Shown: positions 47,633-58,439 of the stretch, piece by piece
Layout of the letters: every line of letters begins with the position of its first letter
Numbering within the stretch: the first letter of the stretch is position 1
NCBI GenBank assembly: GCA_028870995.1
Contig: JAGWOI010000008.1
Span: 3,468-67,467 of the forward strand
Reading direction: 5' to 3'
DNA length: 64,000 bases
Origin: Candidatus Omnitrophota bacterium
GTDB taxonomy: Bacteria > Omnitrophota > Gorgyraeia > Zapsychrales > Fredricksoniimonadaceae
Translations under genes and position numbers: made by a program
Notes under the pieces: model-generated
What the model was told of the DNA's origin: nothing
Database searches by the model: none
What the model saw: only the letters and a program-made list of their open reading frames with translations

Positions 47633-50600
47633 ACCCCTCCCGCATATTCGTTATGCGGCCGGTGGCCACCGTCTTGTTGATGGCGGCCATCCTGCTGGCC
47701 GGTGCCGTGGCTTTTCTGCAATTACCCATTTCCGCCTTACCCCAGGTCGACTATCCTGTTATTCAGGTTGTGACTTTTTATCCGGGCGCAAGTCCTGATG
47801 TGATGTCAACGGCCATCACCGCCCCTCTGGAGCGCCAGTTCGGTCAAATGCCCGGCCTGAAACAGATGCGCTCCACCTCGTCGGGCGGAAGCTCAGTCAT
47901 CACGCTCCAATTTGATCTGGATTTAAATATCGATATCGCGGAGCAGGAAGTGCAGGCCGCCATCAACGCGGCCGCCAGTTTATTGCCGGCAGACCTGCCC
48001 AATCCGCCGGTCTACAGCAAGGTCAACCCTGCCGATGCGCCGGTCCTCACGCTGGCGTTGACCTCGAAGATCCTGCCGCTTTCCCAGGTTGAAGACCTGG
48101 CCGACACACGGCTGGCCCAAAAGATTTCCCAAGTCTCAGGGGTAGGACTTGTTGCCATCAGCGGCGGCCAGCGTCCGGCGGTGAGGATCCAGGCTAATCC
48201 CACCGCCCTGGCCGCTTACGGCATGACCGTCGAAGATTTGCGTACGGCCATAGGACAGGCCAACGTCAACCAGGCCAAAGGCTCTTTCGACGGGGCCAGG
48301 CAATCGTCCATCATCAATGCCAATGACCAAATCCAGTCCAGCCGGGAGTATAAGAAATTGGTGGTCGCTTACCAGCACGGCAATCCGGTTTTTCTTTCCG
48401 ACGTGGCCCGTGTCATCGACGACGTGGAGAATGTCAAACAGGCGGCATGGTTCAATACCTCGCCCGCAGTCATCATCAACATTCAACGCCAGCCGGGGCA
48501 TAACGTCATTGCCGTGGTGGACAGGATCAAGAAGATGCTCCCTGTCTTGGAAGCCGCCCTGCCGGCCTCGGTCCAGGTGTCCGTCTTGACGGACCGCACC
48601 ACCACGATCCGCGCTTCCGTGGCAGACGTCCAGTTTGAATTGATGCTGGCCGTGGCTCTGGTCGTGATGGTCATCTTCCTTTTCCTGCGCACCCTTTCCG
48701 GCACGATCATCCCCAGCATTGCGGTCCCCGTTTCGCTCGTCGGTACTTTCGGCCTCATGTACCTGTTCGGCTTTAGTCTTAACAACCTTTCGCTTATGGC
48801 CCTGACCATCGCCACGGGATTTGTCGTCGATGATGCAATTGTGATGATCGAAAACATTTCGCGTTATATCGAAGAGGGCGAAAAGCCCCTGGAGGCGGCG
48901 CTTAAAGGTTCCAAACAGGTGGCGTTTACCATCATGTCGCTTAGCATTTCCCTGATCGCCGTTCTTATTCCGTTGTTGTTTATGGGCGATGTGGTCGGCC
49001 GCCTGTTCCGTGAATTCGCCATCACCTTAGGGTGCACCATCGTGATTTCCGCCATCGTGTCGCTCACCCTGACGCCCATGATGTGCGCCCGTCTGCTTAA
49101 ATATATACCCCCGGAAAGGCAGGGGAGGTTCTACCGGGCTTGCGAAGAAATATTCCACCGGACCATCGGGAAATACGGCCAGTCCCTACAATGGGTCTTG
49201 AAGCATCAGCATCTCACCTTGTTGGCGGCCCTGGGGACACTTGTCCTGACGGTGTTGTTATATATTTTTGTTCCCAAAGGGTTTTTCCCCATCCAGGACA
49301 CCGGGATCATTCAGGGTATTTCAGAGGCGCCCCAGACGGTTTCTTTTACCGCCATGGCCAGCCTCCAGGAGAAGCTGGCCGCCGTGATCCTCAAAGACCC
49401 GGCGGTGGCAAGCCTTTCCAGCTTTATCGGCGTTGACGGCACCAATACCACCCTCAACAGCGGCCGGATGGCCATCAACCTCAAGCCTCTGGAAGAGCGT
49501 AAAATTTCCGCCGCCGATTGCATACGCCGCTTACAGAAAGAACTGGCCCAAGTCAAAGGGATCACCCTGTTCATGCAGCCGGTGCAGGACCTGACCGTTG
49601 ATGACACCGTCAGCCGCACGCAATATCAATACACCCTGGAAGACCCCAACGGCGATGAACTCAACACCTGGGCGCCCAAGGTGGAGGATGCCTTGAGGAC
49701 CCTGCCGCAATTGCGCGATGTCAGCAGTGATGAACAGGCCCAGGGTCTTCAAGTCTCCCTGACGATTGACCGCAGCACGGCGTCAAGGCTGGGAGTGACG
49801 CCTTCAGTTATCGACAACACTCTTTACAGTGCTTACGGCCAGCGGATCGTCTCGACCATATTCACCCAGCTTAACCAATACCGGGTCATCCTGGAGGTGG
49901 CACCGCCGTTTAAAAAAGACCCGGCTAAGCTCAATGACCTTTATGTCCGCGGGACCAACAGCGCCCAGGTGCCGTTATTGGCCATGACCAAGGTCAAGCA
50001 GACCAAGACCCCCCTGATCATAAGCCGCCTGGGCCAGTTTCCAGCGGTGACATTATCGTTCAATCTGGCGCCGGGTGTCGCGTTGGGAGAGGCGGTCAGG
50101 GCGATCCAATCGACGACCAAGAGCATGGGGTTGCCGGGCAGCATCACCGGGCAGTTTGAGGGCACGGCTGCGGCTTTTCAATCGTCCCTGGGCAACGAGC
50201 TGTTCTTGATCCTGGCGGCGATGATAACGGTGTATATTGTGCTGGGCGTTTTGTATGAAAGTTATGTCCATCCGTTGACGATCCTTTCCACCTTGCCATC
50301 GGCAGGGGTGGGGGCCATTTTGTCCCTGTTGATTTTTCATAACGATTTCAGCGTGATTGCCCTTATCGGCATTATCCTTTTGATCGGCATCGTCGAGAAA
50401 AACGGCATCATGATGGTGGACTTTGCCCTGGATGCCCAGCGGCAGGAAGGCAAGAAACCTGAAGAAGCCATCTACCAGGCCTGCCTGTTAAGGTTTAGGC
50501 CTATTATGATGACCACGATGTCTGCGATCCTTGGTGCCGTACCTTTGGCCTTCGGCGGCGGGATGGGCTCGGAGCTGCGGCAGCCGCTGGGGATCACCAT

Positions 50601-50706
50601 CATCGGCGGGCTTATTATCAGTCAAATGCTGACGCTGTTTACGACACCGGTCATATATCTGTGGTTCGACAGGTTAGCCAAGCGATTTGGGGCAGAAAAA
50701 TCATGA
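47629..50706 (+). CDS. mdtB: RND permease MdtB-like
   Basis: [21 protein letters not shown] and [12 protein letters not shown]. Confidence 0.93.
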   Translation: MNPSRIFVMRPVATVLLMAAILLAGAVAFLQLPISALPQVDYPVIQVVTFYPGASPDVMSTAITAPLERQFGQMPGLKQMRSTSSGGSSVITLQFDLDLNIDIAEQEVQAAINAAASLLPADLPNPPVYSKVNPADAPVLTLALTSKILPLSQVEDLADTRLAQKISQVSGVGLVAISGGQRPAVRIQANPTALAAYGMTVEDLRTAIGQANVNQAKGSFDGARQSSIINANDQIQSSREYKKLVVAYQHGNPVFLSDVARVIDDVENVKQAAWFNTSPAVIINIQRQPGHNVIAVVDRIKKMLPVLEAALPASVQVSVLTDRTTTIRASVADVQFELMLAVALVVMVIFLFLRTLSGTIIPSIAVPVSLVGTFGLMYLFGFSLNNLSLMALTIATGFVVDDAIVMIENISRYIEEGEKPLEAALKGSKQVAFTIMSLSISLIAVLIPLLFMGDVVGRLFREFAITLGCTIVISAIVSLTLTPMMCARLLKYIPPERQGRFYRACEEIFHRTIGKYGQSLQWVLKHQHLTLLAALGTLVLTVLLYIFVPKGFFPIQDTGIIQGISEAPQTVSFTAMASLQEKLAAVILKDPAVASLSSFIGVDGTNTTLNSGRMAINLKPLEERKISAADCIRRLQKELAQVKGITLFMQPVQDLTVDDTVSRTQYQYTLEDPNGDELNTWAPKVEDALRTLPQLRDVSSDEQAQGLQVSLTIDRSTASRLGVTPSVIDNTLYSAYGQRIVSTIFTQLNQYRVILEVAPPFKKDPAKLNDLYVRGTNSAQVPLLAMTKVKQTKTPLIISRLGQFPAVTLSFNLAPGVALGEAVRAIQSTTKSMGLPGSITGQFEGTAAAFQSSLGNELFLILAAMITVYIVLGVLYESYVHPLTILSTLPSAGVGAILSLLIFHNDFSVIALIGIILLIGIVEKNGIMMVDFALDAQRQEGKKPEEAIYQACLLRFRPIMMTTMSAILGAVPLAFGGGMGSELRQPLGITIIGGLIISQMLTLFTTPVIYLWFDRLAKRFGAEKS

Positions 50707-53700
50707 ACATCTCAGGGATTTTTATCAAACGTCCGGTCGCCACTTCGCTTTTGACGGCAGGTCTTGTCCTGGCCGGGCTTTTGGCGGCATTTTATTTGCC
50801 GGTCTCGACCTTGCCGCAAATTGATCTGGCCACCATCAGTGTCGGCGCAGCCTTGCCCGGGGCCAGTCCCGAAACCATGGCATCGACGGTGGCAACTCCT
50901 TTGGAACGCCAGCTGGCGCATATTGCCGGCGTCAGCGAGATGACTTCGAGCAGCGTTTTGGGGGAGACCCATATCACCGTGCAATTCGATCTGAGCCGTG
51001 ACATTAACGGGGCGGCCCGTGATGTGCAGGCGGCCATCAATGCCGCCCAGGCGTATCTGCCGGCGGATCTGCCGATACATCCCACCTGGCGCAAGTACAA
51101 CCCGGCGGAAGCACCTATCATGATCCTGGCCTTGCATTCAGACACGATGACGAAAGCCCAAGTCTATGATGCGGCTGATACTATTGTGGCGCAAAAACTG
51201 GCCCAGGTCGCCGGGGTCGGCCAGGTGACTATCGGCGGAGGTACTTCCCGCGCCCGCGCGGTACGGGTGGAACTGAATCCAAAGGCCTTGAACAAATACG
51301 GGATTTCTTTAGATAAGGTGCGTGCCGCCATTCAAAGCACCAATGCCGACCGCCCCAAGGGGGAGTTTTCCAACGACAGGCGGTCTTGGGAAATTTCCAC
51401 GAATGATCAGCTGTATGTGGCCCGTGATTATAAGCCTCTCATTGTCGCGCATAGTGCCCAGGGCGTTGTGGTGCATTTATCGGATGTGGGCCAGGTGGTG
51501 GATTCACAGACCGATATCCGCGATCTGGCGCTGGTCAATGGCAAGCCTGCCACCCCGATCATTGTGTTCCGCCAGCCGGGGGCCAATATCATCAAGACCG
51601 TGGACGCGGTGAAGGCCGCTCTTCCGCAGATAAAGGAGGCCATACCCGCCGCCATCGATCTTTCCACTGTCCTGGACCGTTCCCCCTCGATCAGGGCCTC
51701 CATTGCCGAGGCCCAACGCACGGTGGTGATTGCGGGCATGCTGGTCATTCTCGTTGTTTTTGCCTTTTTGCGCAACTGGCGTTCCACCATCATCCCTGCG
51801 ATCGTTGTGCCTGTTGCATTAGTCGGCACCTTTGGGGTGATGTACCTGCTGCATTTCACCCTCGACAATCTTTCGCTCATGGCCTTGACCGTGGCCACAG
51901 GTTTTGTCGTGGATGATGCGATCGTGGTGGTTGAAAACGTCACGCGTTATATTGAAGCAGGAATGGCCCCGCGCGAGGCGGCGTTAAAAGGCGCGGGGGA
52001 AATAGGTTTTACCATTCTCTCCATCAGCCTTTCCCTGATGGCGGTGTTTTTGCCCATTATGCTGATGGGCGGGGTGATAGGGCGTTATTTGAGGGAATTT
52101 GCCCTCACCATGTCGGTGGCTATTTTGATTTCCATGATCGTTTCCCTGACCACGACGCCCATGATGTGCACCATGCTTTTAAGAAAACACGGCCCTCAAG
52201 AGAAGCATGGGCGTATCTTCAATGTCATGGAAGGCGCCTTTAATGGGTTGCACCGTTTTTATGAAAGGACCTTATTATGGGCCCTCGACCATCAAGGGAT
52301 GATGTTGAGTGTGACCATTGGGGCATTGGTCTTGAGCATTTATTTATTTACCGTTGTGCCGCTGGGCTTGTTCCCTCAGCAGGATACCGGGCGCCTGATG
52401 GCTAATGTCATGGCCTCGCAGGATCTGTCTTTTCAGGCCCTGGAGAAAAAATTAAACCGCGTCGTCAAGATCATCATGAGTGATCCCGCGATTGACAGCG
52501 TGACCGCTTTTACCGAAGGTTCGAATTCCGCGCATATGTTTATCGCGCTTAAAAGTCCAAAAGTGCGTAAGATTTCAACAGACCGGGTGATTGCCAGGCT
52601 GCGACGCAAGCTGCTTTCAGTGCCAGGGGCGCTGACGATCCTGCAGAATGTGCAGGATCTGAACCTGCCGGGCGCGCGCATGGCTTCTGCCCAATACCAA
52701 TACACCATCCAGGGCAGTGATGTGGAGCAATTAAATGCCTGGACGCCTAAGATTGAAGCTGCTTTAAAGAAGCTGCCCCAATTGGCGGATGTTAACAGCG
52801 ACAAGCAAAGCAGGGGGCTGCAGACGAATTTGATCATTGACCATACCACCGCATCCCGTCTGGGGGTGACCACCCAGGCCATTGACAACACCGTGTACGA
52901 TGCTTTTGGACAGCGGCAGGTATCGACGACATACCAACAATTAAATCAATATCATGTGGTGATGGAAGTGGCACCCGAATATTGGCAGCGGCCGGAGGGC
53001 CTTAAGGACATTTATGTCGCTAATAACATGGGTGTCCTGGTCCCTTTAAGCGCCTTTGCCCATTACGAGCGGGGAACAACGGCCCTGGCGGTTGCCCATC
53101 AAGGCCAGTTCCCGGCCATCACCTTTTCCTTTAATTTGCCTCTGGGAGTTTCGCTGGGGACCGCGGTCAGCGCCGTGAATGCCGCCATGAGCCGGATCAT
53201 GCTGCCATCGACCATCACGGGGAGTTTTCAAGGCTCGGCAAAAATATTTCAGTCGTCGATGCATTCCGAGCCGGTATTGATTTTTACCGCCCTTCTGGCT
53301 GTTTATATTGTATTGGGGATCCTTTATGAAAGTTATATCCATCCGGTCACCATTCTTTCAACCCTGCCTTCGGCCGGTGTCGGGGCGCTGGTGGCGCTTT
53401 TAATCACGCATACGGAATTAAGCATTATTGCCATGATCGGCCTTATTCTGTTGATCGGCTTGGTCAAGAAGAACGGGATTCTGATGGTGGACTTTGCCCT
53501 TGATGCTGAAAGGCTGGAAGGCAAGAATTCACATGATTCCATTTATGAAGCCTGTTTGCTGCGTTTCCGCCCCATCATGATGACGACGATGTCGGCCATC
53601 CTGGGGGCGCTGCCGCTGGCCTTGGGGCAGGGCATGGGCTCGGAGCTGCGGCGGCCGCTAGGGATTGCCATTATCGGCGGGCTTATCTTCAGCCAAATGC

Positions 53701-53798
53701 TCACCCTATACACAACTCCGGTGATTTATCTCTATATGGAGCGATTTAAAATTTGGAGTAAAGGATTAAGAAAAAATTATAGACTATCGACGGGTTGA
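50703..53798 (+). CDS. mdtC: RND permease MdtC-like
   Basis: [25 protein letters not shown] and VKKNGI; follows mdtB. Confidence 0.93.
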   Translation: MNISGIFIKRPVATSLLTAGLVLAGLLAAFYLPVSTLPQIDLATISVGAALPGASPETMASTVATPLERQLAHIAGVSEMTSSSVLGETHITVQFDLSRDINGAARDVQAAINAAQAYLPADLPIHPTWRKYNPAEAPIMILALHSDTMTKAQVYDAADTIVAQKLAQVAGVGQVTIGGGTSRARAVRVELNPKALNKYGISLDKVRAAIQSTNADRPKGEFSNDRRSWEISTNDQLYVARDYKPLIVAHSAQGVVVHLSDVGQVVDSQTDIRDLALVNGKPATPIIVFRQPGANIIKTVDAVKAALPQIKEAIPAAIDLSTVLDRSPSIRASIAEAQRTVVIAGMLVILVVFAFLRNWRSTIIPAIVVPVALVGTFGVMYLLHFTLDNLSLMALTVATGFVVDDAIVVVENVTRYIEAGMAPREAALKGAGEIGFTILSISLSLMAVFLPIMLMGGVIGRYLREFALTMSVAILISMIVSLTTTPMMCTMLLRKHGPQEKHGRIFNVMEGAFNGLHRFYERTLLWALDHQGMMLSVTIGALVLSIYLFTVVPLGLFPQQDTGRLMANVMASQDLSFQALEKKLNRVVKIIMSDPAIDSVTAFTEGSNSAHMFIALKSPKVRKISTDRVIARLRRKLLSVPGALTILQNVQDLNLPGARMASAQYQYTIQGSDVEQLNAWTPKIEAALKKLPQLADVNSDKQSRGLQTNLIIDHTTASRLGVTTQAIDNTVYDAFGQRQVSTTYQQLNQYHVVMEVAPEYWQRPEGLKDIYVANNMGVLVPLSAFAHYERGTTALAVAHQGQFPAITFSFNLPLGVSLGTAVSAVNAAMSRIMLPSTITGSFQGSAKIFQSSMHSEPVLIFTALLAVYIVLGILYESYIHPVTILSTLPSAGVGALVALLITHTELSIIAMIGLILLIGLVKKNGILMVDFALDAERLEGKNSHDSIYEACLLRFRPIMMTTMSAILGALPLALGQGMGSELRRPLGIAIIGGLIFSQMLTLYTTPVIYLYMERFKIWSKGLRKNYRLSTG

Positions 53799-53800
53799 AT

Positions 53801-55207
53801 ATGAAAACATTCAAGGATCACGTGACGATTAAAACATTTGCTGCCGCCTGCCTCGTTCTCCTGGCCGGCTGCGCGATGGGGCCAAAATATGTTCGTCCGA
53901 CGGTGACGGTGCCTGCCGCCTATAAGGAGAACAAGGATTGGAAGCCGGCCCAGCCCCGCGACAACTATCTTAAGGGCGAATGGTGGAAGGTTTTCAACGA
54001 TCCGCGCCTGGATGCGCTGGAGACCCAGGTCGATATTTCCAATCAGAACATTGCCCTGGCCCAGGCGCAGTACGAACAATCTTATGCCCTGGTGAAAGCT
54101 TCTCAGTCGGCTTTTTTTCCTATATTGACCACAACGGGTTCCTACACGCGGTCCCATGCGGCGTCCGGTTCAAAATCGGCCACTTCGCAGACGCTGCTTA
54201 AGGCTGATGTCAGCTGGGAGGTGGACCTTTGGGGCAGGATCCGCAGGACCATGGAATCCTATAAGGCGCAGGCCCAGGCCTCGGCCGCCGACCTTCAAAA
54301 TGCCCGGTTAAGCGCGCAGGCCCAACTGGCCTTTGATTATTTCGGGCTGGCCTCACTCGACGCGCAAAAAAGGCTTCTGGATGATACGGTCGTGCTTTAT
54401 AAGAAATTTTTGGTCCTGACCGAGAACCGCCATGCCGGAGGTGTCGCGGCATTGGCGGATGTCATCCAGGCGCGGACCCAGTTGGAGGGTGCCCAGGCCC
54501 AGCAGATCGATATCGGTGTGGCACGTACACAGTTGGAGCATGCGATCGCTTTGCTGGTCGGCAAACCTGCCCCTGATTTTTCTCTGCCTGCGTTGGTGCT
54601 GCCGGCAGAGGTGCCCTCTGTCCCTGCTGGTCTTCCTTCACAACTGCTGGAACGGCGGCCGGACATAGCGTCAGCGGAAAGGACGGTCGCCTCGGCCAAT
54701 GCCGCCATCGGGGTGGCGGAAGCGGCGTATTTCCCGACGCTGACCTTGAGCGCCTCGGGCAGTTATGAAAGTTCCAATCTGGCCAACTTGTTTGCCTCGC
54801 CCAACCCCTTATGGTCGCTGGGTCCCGCGCTTGCCGAGACCATCTTCGACGCGGGGCTGCGGAGGGCCCAGACGGCGCAGGCCAAGGCTGTTTATAACCA
54901 GCAGGTTGCTTCATACCGCCAGACGGTGTTGACCGCCTTTGAGCAGGTGGAAGACAATCTGTCCGCTTTGCGGATCTTCGCCGAGGAGCAGGCCATCCAG
55001 GACCAGGCTTTGAAGGATGCTCAAAAAGCCGTCGCCCTGGAGACTGACCGTTATAAGGCAGGGACCGTCAGCGCACTGGACGTCATTACCACCCAGGCCA
55101 CGAGCCTGGCTGATCAGAGGACCGATATTTCTCTCATTGGTCAGCGTTTGCAAGCCTGCGTGCGGCTTATTGAATATTTGGGCGGGGGATGGGGTGAGGA
55201 CAAATGA
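53801..55207 (+). CDS. Outer membrane factor lipoprotein (NodT family)
   Basis: Lipobox LAGC, GPKYVRP, ERRPDI and LGGGW. Confidence 0.93.
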   Translation: MKTFKDHVTIKTFAAACLVLLAGCAMGPKYVRPTVTVPAAYKENKDWKPAQPRDNYLKGEWWKVFNDPRLDALETQVDISNQNIALAQAQYEQSYALVKASQSAFFPILTTTGSYTRSHAASGSKSATSQTLLKADVSWEVDLWGRIRRTMESYKAQAQASAADLQNARLSAQAQLAFDYFGLASLDAQKRLLDDTVVLYKKFLVLTENRHAGGVAALADVIQARTQLEGAQAQQIDIGVARTQLEHAIALLVGKPAPDFSLPALVLPAEVPSVPAGLPSQLLERRPDIASAERTVASANAAIGVAEAAYFPTLTLSASGSYESSNLANLFASPNPLWSLGPALAETIFDAGLRRAQTAQAKAVYNQQVASYRQTVLTAFEQVEDNLSALRIFAEEQAIQDQALKDAQKAVALETDRYKAGTVSALDVITTQATSLADQRTDISLIGQRLQACVRLIEYLGGGWGEDK

Positions 55208-56100
55208 GAGCATTCATTTTGAGGATCGGGATAGCTTTTGCCTGTGTCTCAGGTTTCGCCTGCCGGGACGTGCATGCGATCACCATCGAGGATTTAGACC
55301 GGGCCATTGCCATTAATCCGGATTCCGGCGATGCCTACTATAATCGCGGCCTATTTTGGGAAAGACAAGGTCTTTGGGCCAAGGCCGCCGGTGATTTCGG
55401 CAAAGCCATTAGCCTCAATCCCAAGGATGCCGGCGCCTATAAAGCCAGGGCCGGGGCATATGTTCAATTGGATAATTTGACCCAGGCGTTGGCGGATTAT
55501 GATAAAGCGTTGGTCCTGACGCCCCAGGACGCCGCTGTTTATTATAACCGCGGGTTGGTTTTCGCCCATCTGGGTGATACGGCCCGTTCCATCGCTGATT
55601 TTTCCCAGGCCATTTTAATAGACCCCAAGGACGCGCGAAGCTACCACAACCGGGCCCTGTCCTGGTATAAGGCGGGTGATACAAATAAGGCCATTGCCGA
55701 TTTGACTAAAAGCATTGCCTTGGATCCCGCCAATGCCACGGCGTATTACAACCGCGGCCTGTGTTACGACCGGCAGGCCAAATACATCGACGCTATCAAT
55801 GATTTCAGCAAGGCCGTACGATTAAACCCTGCTTATGCCCAGGCCTATACCAACCGTGGTAAAATTTATGTCCAATTAAATGACTACACCCAGGCCAGGC
55901 TTGATTTCACCAAGGCCATTGAGATTAATCCCAACATCCCGCAGACCTACAATAACCGCGCTATTGTTTATTACCGCCTAAAGGAATATCATAAGGCCTG
56001 GGGCGATTTGCAAAAAGCCTTGGGCCTGGGGTATAAGGTTAATGAGCAATTAATGCGTATTATCAAAGAAGCTGGTAGCAGGCAGCAGGAGGGTAAATGA
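55204..56100 (+). CDS. Exported TPR-repeat protein
   Basis: About seven AY.NRG..A..D..KAI.L.P repeats after a signal-like N-terminus. Confidence 0.9.
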   Translation: MRAFILRIGIAFACVSGFACRDVHAITIEDLDRAIAINPDSGDAYYNRGLFWERQGLWAKAAGDFGKAISLNPKDAGAYKARAGAYVQLDNLTQALADYDKALVLTPQDAAVYYNRGLVFAHLGDTARSIADFSQAILIDPKDARSYHNRALSWYKAGDTNKAIADLTKSIALDPANATAYYNRGLCYDRQAKYIDAINDFSKAVRLNPAYAQAYTNRGKIYVQLNDYTQARLDFTKAIEINPNIPQTYNNRAIVYYRLKEYHKAWGDLQKALGLGYKVNEQLMRIIKEAGSRQQEGK

Positions 56101-56546
56101 ATATGAAAAATATTTTATGGACGTTAAAAAAGGGGACTGTCCCCGTTTTTGCGGTTTTTATGGTTTTGTTGTCCCTGCCGGTCCTGGCTCAGGAAATGCA
56201 GGAGTCCGACAATCTCATTGCCCAAATGAGGACCACTCTGGATCTGCAGCCTGATCAGGTGGCGGGCATCACGCCGATCATCCAGCGTTATGTGGTGCTG
56301 TTTGCCAATCTGCAAAAAAGCATCCATGAGGGGACCATCAATCCCAGTGCCGTCGACAGTCAGCGCCAGCAGTTGGAGGCGGCGGAAACCCAGGAGCTGT
56401 CCCAGTACTTGCAGCCGTACCAATTAAGCGAATGGAGACAGATGCAGGCGCAGCTGTACCGGCCCTCCGGCGCCAACGCCGGCCGCAGCGGCGACGATCC
56501 AGGCCAATACACGAATTATCCCGTGCAAAATCCCAATTCCGAATGA
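56097..56546 (+). CDS. Exported helical protein, paralog of 46051-46452
   Basis: Signal peptide, LDLQPDQ and YLQPYQLSEW. Confidence 0.7.
   Translation: MNMKNILWTLKKGTVPVFAVFMVLLSLPVLAQEMQESDNLIAQMRTTLDLQPDQVAGITPIIQRYVVLFANLQKSIHEGTINPSAVDSQRQQLEAAETQELSQYLQPYQLSEWRQMQAQLYRPSGANAGRSGDDPGQYTNYPVQNPNSE
56126..56150. repeat. Short palindromic element inside a coding sequence
   Basis: AAAAAaGGGGAC-t-GTCCCCgTTTTT, encoding KKGTVPVF. Confidence 0.6.
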
Positions 56547-58180
56547 GCGATCCGGTACCATCGACTAACAGCCCCTGGCGCTCCGTCATTATCGTTGCCT
56601 GCGTTGGCATCATTGCCTATTCCAACACTTTCTTCAGCCCTTTTGAGTTGGATGATTTCAGTTCCATTGTTAACAATGGCTGCATCCAAAACTTGGGTGA
56701 CCTGCATGGCATCTGGCATTTTTTGCCGCGCCGGTTCATACTTTATCTTTCTCTTGCCTTCAATTACCATTTTAACGGGCTTAATGTCTGCGGCTGGCAC
56801 TTGTTTAATCTGGCGGTCCATCTGGCGGCAGCCGTCCTGGTGTGGCGGCTGGCCCTGCTGACATTTTCGACACCGGTGCTGCGTGAAGACCAAATCGCCC
56901 GACACGCTCCTGCGATTGCCTTATGGGCGGGTTTAATATTTGTGTCGCATCCCGTCCAGACCGAGGCGGTCACCTATATCGTGCAGCGGGCCGCCTCCCT
57001 GGCGGCCATGTTTTATCTGGCGTCCCTTTGCCTGTACCTCAAAGCAAGGCTCTTGCAGGAGCAGGGAAAGCCTGCCTGGAAGAGCTTTTATGCCGGCTGC
57101 CTGCTCTCGACGGTTGCTGCCATGTATACCAAGGAAACGGCCATCACCCTGCCGTTGATGATTGTATTATGCGAAGTCAGTTTTTTAAGGGCGTGGAAGG
57201 ATATTGACTGGAAACAGCTTATCCCTGTACTGTTGTCCCTCCTGGTCATACCTGTCACCATGGTGTTGACGGAAAACAGCCCCGCAAGGATCCATCACTT
57301 GTGCAGCGAACCAGGCATATCCCCCTGGCAGTACTTCCTGACCCAGTTGAGGGTCATTGTCACTTATATAAGACTGCTTTTCCTGCCGGTCCATCAAGAT
57401 TTTGATTATGATTATCCGGTCTTCAAAAGTTTTTTCCAGACGCCTGTCCTGTTGAGCTTTTTGTTCCTTGCTGCCGTCCTTCTGGGGGCGAAGCGGTTAT
57501 GGCCCAAGTACAGATTAGTTTCCTTCGGCATTTTCTTCTTTTTTCTGGCCCTTGTGCCTGAATCGAGCATCCTGCCCATCAAGGACGTTATTTTTGAGCA
57601 CAGGCTTTATTTGCCGATGGTGGGTTTTAGTCTGTCCCTGGCCGGAGCAGCGTATTATTTTCTGGGCAAGAACCATCTTAAAGCCATGACCTTAGGTTTA
57701 ACGGTCATTGTAGTATGCTTTTCGGCACTGACGTATGCCAGGAACAATGTTTGGCAGGACAATTTGACTTTATGGCAGGACACGGTGCAAAAATCACCAC
57801 ACAAGGCCAGGCCGTACCTGTGCCGTGGTTATGCCTGGGAAAGCAAAGGGGATTTCCAGCAAGCGATCGCCGATTATTCCAAGGTCATTACCTTGGACCC
57901 TTCCGAGCCGGATGATTATTATAATAGAGGCACCCTTTATTGCAGGCTAGGAGCTTTTGCCCAGGCGATTTCCGATCTTGACAAAGCCATCGCTTTAAAT
58001 CCCGATGATGCCGATTTCTACAATAACAGGGCCGTGACCTACGAGCGGCTCAAGGAGTACCGTCGCGCTCTGGCTGATTTTGAGAGGGCCAGGGTATTAG
58101 GGCACCCGGTCGATGCCGCCCGCATAAGCTTACTCAAACGAAAGTCCGCAGAAGCCCTCAGGCAGTCAAAAAAGAATTAG
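56543..58180 (+). CDS. TMTC-like GT-C membrane protein with C-terminal TPRs
   Basis: F.LDD, HLFNLAVH, HPVQTEAVTYI..R, KETA, EHRLYLP and RNNVW, then TPRs. Confidence 0.85.
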   Translation: MSDPVPSTNSPWRSVIIVACVGIIAYSNTFFSPFELDDFSSIVNNGCIQNLGDLHGIWHFLPRRFILYLSLAFNYHFNGLNVCGWHLFNLAVHLAAAVLVWRLALLTFSTPVLREDQIARHAPAIALWAGLIFVSHPVQTEAVTYIVQRAASLAAMFYLASLCLYLKARLLQEQGKPAWKSFYAGCLLSTVAAMYTKETAITLPLMIVLCEVSFLRAWKDIDWKQLIPVLLSLLVIPVTMVLTENSPARIHHLCSEPGISPWQYFLTQLRVIVTYIRLLFLPVHQDFDYDYPVFKSFFQTPVLLSFLFLAAVLLGAKRLWPKYRLVSFGIFFFFLALVPESSILPIKDVIFEHRLYLPMVGFSLSLAGAAYYFLGKNHLKAMTLGLTVIVVCFSALTYARNNVWQDNLTLWQDTVQKSPHKARPYLCRGYAWESKGDFQQAIADYSKVITLDPSEPDDYYNRGTLYCRLGAFAQAISDLDKAIALNPDDADFYNNRAVTYERLKEYRRALADFERARVLGHPVDAARISLLKRKSAEALRQSKKN

Positions 58181-58219
58181 CATTATTCGTGCATGGATGG
58201 TATAAGTAATTACCATTTC

Positions 58220-58293
<74 letters not shown>

Positions 58294-58323
58294 TGTTAAA
58301 GAATTGCCGCTGCTGTGTCTCTT

Positions 58324-58367
58324 TTTATCCTGTTTTAATCTCTCCTTAATTCCTTCTTTGCTATGAA
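58324..58367 (+). promoter_or_regulatory. Promoter with 11-bp-periodic TTAAT array (copy 1)
   Basis: TTTAT-N6-TTAAT-N6-TTAAT-N6-TTTGC-TATGAA. Confidence 0.55.
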
Positions 58368-58439
58368 GTGTCTGTAAAGGAGGGTCTCTGTCCGCCGCCA
58401 AGAGGGTATCCAGGCAGGAAATTTGAAATCCAGGAAAAT

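Noticed and set aside
50250-53740. Similar DNA segments at the 3' ends of mdtB and mdtC
   Set aside because: Explained by the known MdtB/MdtC paralogy.
55300-56030. Periodic TAYAAYCG.GG words that could suggest an array
   Set aside because: They are the 34-aa TPR coding repeats, not CRISPR; the same applies to the MORN repeats at 37760-38070.
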